Assembly: GCA_964016885.1 (NCBI GenBank) | Contig: OZ024744.1 | Span: 82,274,001-82,338,000, forward strand | Length of the DNA stretch: 64,000 nucleotides | Reading direction: 5' to 3' | Source: Eledone cirrhosa | Taxonomy: Eukaryota | In this document: positions 25,862 to 37,200 of the stretch, piece after piece | How positions within the stretch are numbered: the first letter of the stretch is position 1 | Layout of the letters: every line of letters starts with the position of its first letter | The notes under the pieces: model-generated | Databases searched by the model: none | What the model was told of the DNA's origin: nothing | Seen by the model: only the letters and a program-made list of their open reading frames with translations | Made by a program: the position numbers and the translations under genes

Positions 25862-26735
25862 GCACACACACACACAAGCACACAAATAAACATACATATC
25901 TTTACTTTCAATAGAAAATCTGAACTCTGACACCCCAGCGAACTAACCATATTCACTGAACCTGAACAATTCTCCCAATCCCATTTCTCTTGACCACTAT
26001 CTTTCCATTGTCATAACATTCTCTATAAAGGCTACAGAATAGATTTCCAAATAAGGGCGCAAAAATGTAATGAAAACTTGTCCACGTGACAGCCAAGTTT
26101 CATTTATAACCAATCAAATCACGTTTATTAAAAAAAAGCCTTCGTGAGCCACCTTTTTTTTAAGTAAAGAAATTCAAACACACACACACACAACACACAC
26201 ACAACACACACACAAGCACACAAGCACAAACATAAACATACATATCTTTACTTTCTTTATTCAATAGAAAATCTGAATTCTGACACCCCAGCGAACCAAC
26301 CATATTCACTGAACCAGAACAATTCTCCCATCCCTTTCTCTTGACCATTATCTTTCACTTATCATAAAATTCTCTAAAAAGGCTACAGAATGGATTTCCA
26401 AATAAGGGCACGGAAATTTAATGAAAACTTGTTCACGTGACAGCCATAATTTCATTTATAACCAACTAAAAAAAAGCCTTCGTGAGCCCCTTTTTTCAAG
26501 TAAAAAGAAATTCAAACACTCATATATGAAAAAACAACCTGTGACAACCCTCTACTCTTATTTGAAGAACTATTGTAACGCGAACTGGCGCGAAATTTAT
26601 TATAATTATTGACAAACCAATCAAATTACTTCTCGAAAAACCTGGCATTTCGAGCCACTTTTTCCATATAAAACAAGTAACATTCAGAGACCAACCAGAT
26701 GTGAGAAAAACCACAGACCCTCCATCTCAACTCTA

Positions 26736-26772
26736 CTTTTGAAAAGCAGAAGAACTGCGAAACCGGTAAAGG
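26736..26772 (+). ncRNA. Minimal HHR with U3-A8 core variant (inverted copy)
   Basis: CTT-TTGAAAA-GCAG-aagaa-CTGC-GAAA-CCGG-TA-AAG. Confidence 0.6.
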
Positions 26773-26859
26773 AACGAAATAAATATATATATATTTTTAA
26801 AAATAAGACTCCAGTTGCATTTTCGATTTCATCTTTTTTTCTTTATATATATATATATA

Positions 26860-28663
26860 AATTGGAACAAATGCTCTGAAATAGCGATATATATGTGAAT
26901 ATAGACATAGAATATTCGAAAATATTCTGTATGTTTATAATAAACATTTTGAAGACCTAATCGCTATAGAATAGAATACGTCACGTATTACAATTAGATT
27001 CTCGATAAAAGCAAGGGAAGTAATCTACGCGTTTCATTCTTGTTAGAATTCATCAGGACTACATATCCAGTGCTTTTATCGAGAATGACACAGCTAGAGA
27101 CTTATAGAATACTTAGCTGTGTACAGGAACTGGTTTGAAAGAGCGGTTGCCGGTCCGGCAGAAATTAGAAATTGGAACAAATGCTCTGAAATAGCGATAT
27201 ATATGTGAATATAGACATAGAATATTCGAAAATATTCTGTATGTTTATAATAAACATTTTGAAGACCTAATCGCTATAGAATAGAATACGTCACGTATTA
27301 CAATTAGATTCTCGATAAAAGCAAGGGAAGTAATCTACGCGTTTCATTCTTGTTAGAATTCATCAGGACTACATATCCAGTGCTTTTATCGAGAATGACA
27401 CAGCTAGAGACTTATAGAATACTTAGCTGTGTACAGGAACTGGTTTGAAAGAGCGGTTGCCGGTCCGGCAGAAATTAGAAATTGGAACAAATGCTCTGAA
27501 ATAGCGATATATATGTGAATATAGACATAGAATATTCGAAAATATTCTGTATGTTTATAATAAACATTTTGAAGACCTAATCGCTATAGAATAGAATACG
27601 TCACGTATTACAATTAGATTCTCGATAAAAGCAAGGGAAGTAATCTACGCGTTTCATTCTTGTTAGAATTCATCAGGACTACATATCCAGTGCTTTTATC
27701 GAGAATGACACAGCTAGAGACTTATAGAATACTTAGCTGTGTACAGGAACTGGTTTGAAAGAGCGGTTGCCGGTCCGGCAGAAATTAGAAATTGGAACAA
27801 ATGCTCTGAAATAGCGATATATATGTGAATATAGACATAGAATATTCGAAAATATTCTGTATGTTTATAATAAACATTTTGAAGACCTAATCGCTATAGA
27901 ATAGAATACGTCACGTATTACAATTAGATTCTCGATAAAAGCAAGGGAAGTAATCTACGCGTTTCATTCTTGTTAGAATTCATCAGGACTACATATCCAG
28001 TGCTTTTATCGAGAATGACACAGTTAGAGACTTATAGAATACTTAGCTGTGTACAGGAACTGGTTTGAAAGAGCGGTTGCCGGTCCGGCAGAAATTAGAA
28101 ATTGGAACAAATGCTCTGAAATAGCGATATATATGTGAATATAGACATAGAATATTCGAAAATATTCTGTATGTTTATAATAAACATTTTGAAGACCTAA
28201 TCGCTATAGAATAGAATACGTCACGTATTACAATTAGATTCTCGATAAAAGCAAGGGAAGTAATCTACGCGTTTCATTCTTGTTAGAATTCATCAGGACT
28301 ACATATCCAGTGCTTTTATCGAGAATGACACAGCTAGAGACTTATAGAATACTTAGCTGTGTACAGGAACTGGTTTGAAAGAGCGGTTGCCGGTCCGGCA
28401 GAAATTAGAAATTGGAACAAATGCTCTGAAATAGCGATATATATGTGAATATAGACATAGAATATTCGAAAATATTCTGTATGTTTATAATAAACATTTT
28501 GAAAACCTAATCGCTATAGAATAGAATACGTCACGTATTACAATTAGATTCTCGATAAAAGCAAGGGAAGTAATCTACGCGTTTCATTCTTGTTAGAATT
28601 CATCAGGACTACATATCCAGTGCTTTTATCGAGAATGACACAGCTAGAGACTTATAGAATACT
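26860..28663 (-). mobile_element. Retrozyme-like tandem array, ~5.8 x 310 bp, 6 HHRs
   Basis: Period 310 (ATTGGAACAA at 26861, 27171, 27481, 27791, 28101, 28411); HHRs start at 27020, 27330, 27640, 27950, 28260, 28570. Confidence 0.9.
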
Positions 28664-30783
28664 CTGCCGGACCGGCAACCGCTCTTTCAAACCAGTTCCT
28701 GTACACAGCTAAGTATTCTATAAGTCTCTAGCTGTGTCATTCTCGATAAAAGCACTGGATATGTAGTCCTGATGAATTCTAACAAGAATGAAACGCGTAG
28801 ATTACTTCCCTTGCTTTTATCGAGAATCTAATTGTAATACGTGACGTATTCTATTCTATAGCGATTAGGTCTTCAAAATGTTTATTATAAACATACAGAA
28901 TATTTTCGAATATTCTATGTCTATATTCACATATATATCGCTATTTCAGAGCATTTGTTCCAATTTCTAATTTCTGCCGGACCGGCAACCGCTCTTTCAA
29001 ACCAGTTCCTGTACACAGCTAAGTATTCTATAAGTCTCTAGCTGTGTCATTCTCGATAAAAGCACTGGATATGTAGTCCTGATGAATTCTAACAAGAATG
29101 AAACGCGTAGATTACTTCCCTTGCTTTTATCGAGAATCTAATTGTAATACGTGACGTATTCTATTCTATAGCGATTAGGTCTTCAAAATGTTTATTATAA
29201 ACATACAGAATATTTTCGAATATTCTATGTCTATATTCACATATATATCGCTATTTCAGAGCATTTGTTCCAATTTCTAATTTCTGCCGGACCGGCAACC
29301 GCTCTTTCAAACCAGTTCCTGTACACAGCTAAGTATTCTATAAGTCTCTAGCTGTGTCATTCTCGATAAAAGCACTGGATATGTAGTCCTGATGAATTCT
29401 AACAAGAATGAAACGCGTAGATTACTTCCCTTGCTTTTATCGAGAATCTAATTGTAATACGTGACGTATTCTATTCTATAGCGATTAGGTCTTCAAAATG
29501 TTTATTATAAACATACAGAATATTTTCGAATATTCTATGTCTATATTCACATATATATCGCTATTTCAGAGCATTTGTTCCAATTTCTAATTTCTGCCGG
29601 ACCGGCAACCGCTCTTTCAAACCAGTTCCTGTACACAGCTAAGTATTCTATAAGTCTCTAGCTGTGTCATTCTCGATAAAAGCACTGGATATGTAGTCCT
29701 GATGAATTCTAACAAGAATGAAACGCGTAGATTACTTCCCTTGCTTTTATCGAGAATCTAATTGTAATACGTGACGTATTCTATTCTATAGCGATTAGGT
29801 CTTCAAAATGTTTATTATAAACATACAGAATATTTTCGAATATTCTATGTCTATATTCACATATATATCGCTATTTCAGAGCATTTGTTCCAATTTCTAA
29901 TTTCTGCCGGACCGGCAACCGCTCTTTCAAACCAGTTCCTGTACACAGCTAAGTATTCTATAAGTCTCTAGCTGTGTCATTCTCGATAAAAGCACTGGAT
30001 ATGTAGTCCTGATGAATTCTAACAAGAATGAAACGCGTAGATTACTTCCCTTGCTTTTATCGAGAATCTAATTGTAATACGTGACGTATTCTATTCTATA
30101 GCGATTAGGTCTTCAAAATGTTTATTATAAACATACAGAATATTTTCGAATATTCTATGTCTATATTCACATATATATCGCTATTTCAGAGCATTTGTTC
30201 CAATTTCTAATTTCTGCCGGACCGGCAACCGCTCTTTCAAACCAGTTCCTGTACATAGCTAAGTATTCTATAAGTCTCTAGCTGTGTCATTCTCGATAAA
30301 AGCACTGGATATGTAGTCCTGATGAATTCTAACAAGAATGAAACGCGTAGATTACTTCCCTTGCTTTTATCGAGAATCTAATTGTAATACGTGACGTATT
30401 CTATTCTATAGCGATTAGGTCTTCAAAATGTTTATTATAAACATACAGAATATTTTCGAATATTCTATGTCTATATTCACATATATATCGCTATTTCAGA
30501 GCATTTGTTCCAATTTCTAATTTCTGCCGGACCGGCAACCGCTCTTTCAAACCAGTTCCTGTACACAGCTAAGTATTCTATAAGTCTCTAGCTGTGTCAT
30601 TCTCGATAAAAGCACTGGATATGTAGTCCTGATGAATTCTAACAAGAATGAAACGCGTAGATTACTTCCCTTGCTTTTATCGAGAATCTAATTGTAATAC
30701 GTGACGTATTCTATTCTATAGCGATTAGGTCTTCAAAATGTTTATTATAAACATACAGAATATTTTCGAATATTCTATGTCTA

Positions 30784-30787
<4 letters not shown>
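28663..30787 (+). mobile_element. Retrozyme-like tandem array, ~6.9 x 310 bp, 7 HHRs
   Basis: Reverse complement of the left array; HHRs start at 28763, 29073, 29383, 29693, 30003, 30313, 30623. Confidence 0.9.
28763..28805 (+). ncRNA. Representative type I hammerhead ribozyme of the 310-bp unit; predicted cleavage after 28799
   Basis: GTAGTC-CTGATGA-ATTC-taacaa-GAAT-GAAA-CGCG-TA-GATTAC; distal stem I 28739-28754 pairs with 28812-28827 (16 bp). Confidence 0.9.
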
Positions 30788-30866
<79 letters not shown>

Positions 30867-31012
30867 ATACTGTGGGAGGCTAATGTTGCCAATAAGATAC
30901 ACACGCACCAGTTGCTTTCACTTCAATTTATTATAATAAATTTATAAATTTAGGAATTTATATATTTCCGGTTGGTTGGTTGGTTCCACAACCAGATGAT
31001 TGTTCATATATT

Positions 31013-31055
31013 GTCAAAGTTCTTTCGTCACACATTCTGTGACCTCTTCAGTGAC
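31013..31055 (-). ncRNA. Minimal HHR in a PLE-like fragment (30861-31130)
   Basis: GTCA-CTGAAGA-gGTCACA-gaatg-TGTGAC-GAAA-GAAC-TT-TGAC. Confidence 0.65.
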
Positions 31056-31237
31056 TGGGGATTCTTTTCTTTGTTTTTGTGCCTCTCCTTTGTTCTGTCC
31101 TACGCCATCTTGTTTTTGTGTGTGTTGTATATATATATATTTATATATACATTGACATACCCAAAATAAATATTATTTACTTTTTAGTTATTCACATTCT
31201 TTTTTCATTAATACGTGTTAAATTCGTTTTGTCAGTT

Positions 31238-31300
31238 TCCGCCACTAGATGGAGCTAAAGAGACGCGTGGGTAACCCATAAAGTATTTATGGGCAAGCTC
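31238..31300. promoter_or_regulatory. CTCF-like motif plus inverted TTTATGG pair
   Basis: CCGCCACTAGATGGAGCT close to the CTCF consensus; CCATAAA-GTA-TTTATGG. Confidence 0.35.
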
Positions 31301-31446
31301 ATCACTTTAATGCCTCAGGATCCTTTCAGGTCACGAAGTAGCAATACAGCATTGTCAGGCAAATTTACGGTGACGAGTAAGAGAACGAAAGAGTGAGAAA
31401 GAGCTAAAGAGATAGAAAGAGAGAAACACACACACACACGCACACG

Positions 31447-31739
<293 letters not shown>

Positions 31740-31919
31740 GTCTCTGTGTGTGGAAAGTGAGATTGAGAGTGAAAGAGTGAGTGAGTGTTTGTGTGTGAGA
31801 GTGTGTGTATGAGAGAGAGAGAGGGAGAGAGAGAGAGAGGGAGAGGGAGAGAGAGAGAGAGATAGGGGCGGGGGGGGGGGAGAAGAAGAGGGAATGTGTG
31901 TGTGTGTGTTTGAGAGCGA

Positions 31920-32135
31920 GAGAAAGTGATGATGGCGGAGTTTGGTGCGAGACAGTAATGGTTCTAATTGATCCCACTTCCTATTTGCCACCCCTGCCTT
32001 AAGTGTTGGGGCGGCGGAAGTGGGTTTTTTTTTGTTTGCGGTGGAGAGAAAAAAGAAAGCCCGGGAAGTGTTAAGCGGAAGTGCCGGAAAATGAAGTGGT
32101 TTGGTGAGAAGAAATGGGCGTGGGTGGGTAGAAAG
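31920..32135. promoter_or_regulatory. Promoter-like GC-richer island
   Basis: Several (C)GGAAGT(G) ETS-type motifs, GGGCGTGG/GGGCGG GC boxes, ATGGCGG YY1-like motif. Confidence 0.3.
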
Positions 32136-32209
32136 GACATTCTAGAGGAGTAGAATCAGACGGTAGAAAAAGTAAGGAGAAATTCAAGAAAGATGGGAGT
32201 AAAACGGGG

Positions 32210-32393
32210 ATATACACATACACACACATATATATAAATATATGTGAATATAAATATATATGAATATAAATATACACACACGCACATATATATATATATA
32301 TATAACACACACATATATATATACATGTGTGTATGTGTGTGTACCTGCGTATATATGTACATATATAAAATATAAACATGTACATGTATACAC

Positions 32394-32446
<53 letters not shown>

Positions 32447-32559
32447 AATGAACACACACACATATATGTGTGTGTGTGTGTGTGTGTGTGTTTGTGTCTG
32501 TGCGTATGTATGTGTGTGTATGTGAGTGTGTATGCGTGTGTGTACAAAGAGTAAGAGAG

Positions 32560-32606
<47 letters not shown>

Positions 32607-32986
32607 TGCGTATGTATGTGTGTGTATGTCAGTGTGAGTGTGTATACGTGTGTGTACAAAGAGTAAGAGGTGTGTATGTGTGTATGTGAGTGTGTGTACC
32701 TATGTATATATGTACATATATAAAATATAAACATGTACATGTATACATATATATATATATATATACACAAATGAACACACACACATATATGCGTGTGTGT
32801 GTGTGTGTTTGCGTCTGTGCGTATGTATGTGTGTGTATGTCAGTGTGGGTGTGTATGCGTTTGTGTACAAAGAGTAAGAGAGGTGTATGTGTGTGTGTGT
32901 GTGTGTGTGCGTGTGTTTGCGTCTGTGCGTATGTATGTGAGTGTATGTCAGTGTGAGTGTGTATGTGTGTACAAAGAGTAAGAGAG

Positions 32987-33032
<46 letters not shown>

Positions 33033-33254
33033 GTCTGTGCGTATGTATGTGAGTGTATGTCAGTGTGAGTGTGTATGCCTGTGTGTACAAAGAGTAAGAG
33101 AGGTGTATGTGTGTGTGTGTGTGTCTGTGCGTATGTATGTGTGTGTATGTCAGTGTGAGTGTGTATACGTGTGTGTACAAAGAGTAAGAGGTGTGTGTGT
33201 GTGTGTGTGTGTGTGTACCTATGTATATATGTACATATATAAAATATAAACATG

Positions 33255-33296
<42 letters not shown>

Positions 33297-33924
33297 AATG
33301 AACACACACACATATATGTGTGTGTGTGTGTGTGTTTGTGTCTGTGCGTATGTATGTGTGTGTATGTGAGTGTGTATGCGTGTGTGTACAAAGAGTAAGA
33401 GAGGTGTATGTGTGTGTGTGTGTGTGTGTGTGTTTGCGTCTGTGCGTATGTATGCGTGTGTGTACAAAGAGTAAGAGAGGTGTATGTGTGTGTGTGTGTG
33501 TTTGCGTCTGTGCGTATGTATGTGTGTGTATGTCAGTGTGAGTGTGTATACGTGTGTGTACAAAGAGTAAGAGGTGTGTGTGTGTGTGTGTGTATGTCAG
33601 TGTATGTCAGTGTGTATGCGTGTGTGTACAAAGAGTAAGAGGTGTGTGTGTGTACCTATGTATATATGTACATATATAAAATATAAACATGTACATGTAT
33701 ACATATATATATATATATACACAAATGAACACACACACATATATGCGCGTGTGTGTGTTTGTGTCTGTGCGTATGTATGTGTGTGTATGTCAGTGTGAGT
33801 GTGTATGCGTTTGTGTACAAAGAGTAAGAGAGGTGTATGTGTGTGTGTGTGTGTGTGTGTCTGTGCGTATGTATGTGTGTGTATGTCAGTGTGAGTGTGT
33901 ATACGTGTGTGTACAAAGAGTAAG

Positions 33925-33964
<40 letters not shown>

Positions 33965-34148
33965 CTATGTATATATGTACATATATAAAATATAAACATG
34001 TACATGTATAAATATATATATATAAACAAATGAACACACGCACATATATGTGTGTGTGTGTGTGTGTGTTTGCGTCTGTGCGTATGTATGTGTGTGTATG
34101 TCAGTGTGTGTGTGTGTGTATGCGTGTGTGTACAAAGAGTAAGAGAGG
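32210..34148. repeat. Complex TG/TA-rich VNTR with recurring GTACAAAGAGTAAGAG spacer
   Basis: Spacer recurs about 15 times between variable (TG)n/(TA)n tracts. Confidence 0.85.
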
Positions 34149-34299
34149 GACAGGGCGAGGCAGAGAAATTGAATGACGGATTATCTTGTGACGAGTGAGA
34201 ATGGTAATCGTAGAGGTGTGTAAAGTGGTTAAATTGCTGTTAGAAATGAAGAAAGTAGCGTTGGAAGTGGTCGCCATGTTGTTCTTGTTGGTTCTGGTG

Positions 34300-37200
34300 C
34301 TTGTGTTAGTTTTGTAGCGTTGGTGTTGGTGTTGGTGTTTTTGTTAGGAGTGCTAGTTGTGTTGCTGTTGATGGTTGTGTTAGTGATGTTGTTGGTGGTG
34401 GTGTTGGTGGTTTGATGGTTGTGTTAGTGATGTTGTTGGTGGTGGTGTTGGTGGTTTGATGGTTGTGTTAGTGATGTTGTTGGTGTTGGTGTAGGTGGTT
34501 TGATGGTTGTGTTAGTGATGTTGTTGGTGGTGGTGTTGGTGGTTTGATGGTTGTGTTAGTGATGTTGTTGGTGGTGGTGTTGGTGGTTTGATGGTTGTGT
34601 TAATGATGTTGTTGGTGGTGGTGTTGGTGGTTTGATGGTTGTGTTAGTGATGTTGTTGGTGGTGGTGTTGGTGGTTTGCTGGTTGTGTTAGTGATGTTGT
34701 TGGTGTTGGTGGTTTGATGGTTGTGTTAGTGATGTTATTGGTGGTGGTGTTGGTGGTTTGATGGTTGTGTTAGTGATGTTGTTGGTGGTGGTGGTGGTTT
34801 GATGGTTGTGTTAGTGATGTTGTTGGTGTGGGCGTTGGTGGTTTGATGGTTGTGTTAGTGATGTTGGTGGTGGTGTTGGTGGTTTGATGGTTGTGTTAGT
34901 GATGTTGTTGGTGTTGGTGTTGGTGGTTTGATGGTTGTGTTAGTGATGTTATTGGTGGTGGTGTTGGTGGTTTGATGGTTGTGTTGGTGATGTTGTTGGT
35001 GTTGGCGTTGGTGGTTTGATGGTTGTGTTAGTGATGTTATTGGTGGTGGTGTTGGTGGTTTGATGGTTGTGTTGGTGATGTTGTTGGTGTTGGCGTTGGT
35101 GGTTTGATGGTTGTGTTAGTGATGTTATTGGTGGTGGTGTTGGTGGTTTGATGGTTGTGTTAGTGATGTTGTTGGTGTTGGTGTTGGTGGTTTGATGGTT
35201 GTGATAGTGATGTTATTGGTGGTGGTGTTGGTGGTTTGATGGTTGTGTTGGTGATGTTGTTGGTGTTGGCGTTGGTGGTTTGATGGTTGTGTTAGTGATG
35301 TTATTGGTGGTGGTGTTGGTGGTTTGATGGTTGTGTTAGTGATGTTGTTGGTGTTGGTGTAGGTGGTTTGATGGTTGTGTTAGTGATGTTGTTGGTGTTG
35401 GTGTAGGTGGTGGTGTTGGTGGTTTGATGGTTGTGTTGGTGATGTGGTTGGTGTTGGTGGTTTGATTGTTGTGTTGGTGATGGTGTTGGTTTTGGTGTTG
35501 GTGGTTTGATGGTTGTGTTAGTGATGTTGTTGGTGGTGGTGGTTTGATGGTTGTGTTAGTGATGTTGTTGATGTTTGCACTGATGCTGTTGGTGTTGGTA
35601 GTGCTAGTTCTGGTGTTTTTGATGGTTGTGTTGGTGATGTTGATGGTTGTGTTGGTGATGTTGTTGGTGGCGGTGTTGGTGGTTTGATGGTTGTGTTAGT
35701 GATGTTGTTGGTGGTGGTAGTGGTTTGATGGTTGTGTTAGTGATGTTATTGGTGGTGGTGTTGGTGGTTTGATGGTTGTGTTGGTGATGTTGTTGGTGTT
35801 GGTGTTGGTGGTTTGATGGTTGTGTTAGTGATGTTGTTGTTGGTGGTGGTGGTTTGGTGGTTGTGTTAGTGATGTTGTTGGTGGTGGTGTTGGTGGTTTG
35901 ATGGTTGTGTTAGTGATGTTGTTGGTGGTGGTGTTGGTGGTTTGATGGTTGTGTTAGTGATGTTGTTGGTGGTGGTGTTGGTGGTTTGATGGTTGTGTTA
36001 GTGATGTTGTTGGTGTTGGTGGTTTGATGGTTGTGTTAGTGATGTTATTGGTGTTGTTGTTGGTGGTTTGATGTTTGTGTTAGTGATGTTGTTGGTGTTG
36101 GTGGTTTGATTGTTGTGTTAGTGATGTTGTTGGTGGTGGTGTTGGTGGTTTGATGGTTGTATTAGTGATGTTGTTGGTGTTGGTGTTGGTGGTTTGATGG
36201 TTGTGTTAGTGATGTTGTTGGTGGTGGTGTTGGTGGTTTGATGGTTGTGTTAGTGATGTTGTTGGTGGTGGTGTTGGTGGTTTGATGGTTGTGATAGTGA
36301 TGTTGGTGGTGGTGTTGGTGGTTTGATGGTTGTGTTAGTGATGTTGTTGGTGTTGGTGTTGGTGGTTTGATGGTTGTGTTAGTGATGTTGGTGGTGGTGT
36401 TGGTGGTTTGATGGTTGTGTTAGTGATGTTGTGGTGTTGGTGTTGGTGGTTTGATGGTTGTGTTGGTGATGTTGTTGGTGTTGGTGTTGGTGGTTTGATG
36501 GTTGTGTTGGTGATGTTGTTGGTGTTGGTGTTGGTGGTTTGATGGTTGTGTTAGTGATGTTGTTGGTGGTGGTGTCGGTGGTTTGATGGTTGTGTTAGTG
36601 ATGTTGTTGGTGTTGGTGTTGGTGGTTTGATGGTTGTGTTGGTGATGTTGTTGGTGTTGGTGTTGGTGGTTTGATGGTTGTGTTAGTGATGTTGTTGGTG
36701 GTGGTAGTGGTTTGATGGTTGTGTTAGTGATGTTATTGGTGGTGGTGTTGGTGGTTTGATGGTTGTGTTGGTGATGTTGTTGGTGTTGGTGTTGGTGGTT
36801 TGATGGTTGTGTTAGTGATGTTGTTGTTGGTGGTGGTGGTTTGATGGTTGTGTTAGTGATGTTGTTGGTGGTGGTGTTGGTGGTTTGATGGTTGTGTTAG
36901 TGATGTTGTTGGTGGTGGTGTTGGTGGTTTGATGGTTGTGTTAGTGATGTTGTTGGTGGTGGTGTTGGTGGTTGATGGTTGTGTTAGTGATGTTGTTGGT
37001 GTTGGTGGTTTGATGGTTGTGTTAGTGATGTTGGTGTTGTTGTTGGTGGTTTGATGGTTGCGTTAGTGATGTTGTTGGTGTTGGTGGTTTGATTGTTGTG
37101 TTAGTGATGTTGTTGGTGTTGGTGTTGGTGGTTTGATGGTTGTGTTAGTGATGTTGTTGGTGGTGGTGTTGGTGGTTTGATGGTTGTGTTAGTGATGTTG

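Larger units (their letters stand above)
23592..26845 (-). mobile_element. 5'-truncated Neptune-like PLE with a ~1.2-kb inverted pLTR copy
   Basis: 23592-24795 is inverted at 25657-26845; the spacer encodes CGTC..FTCSSKNLLYAIKCKGCNEDYIGQT..LRNRMTVH..SAHL..E..FIQKYRPTLN (GIY-YIG with CCHH). Confidence 0.8.

Noticed and set aside
26860-30787. CRISPR array or ordinary satellite DNA
   Set aside because: No variable spacers and a eukaryotic context; the HHR in each unit explains it better
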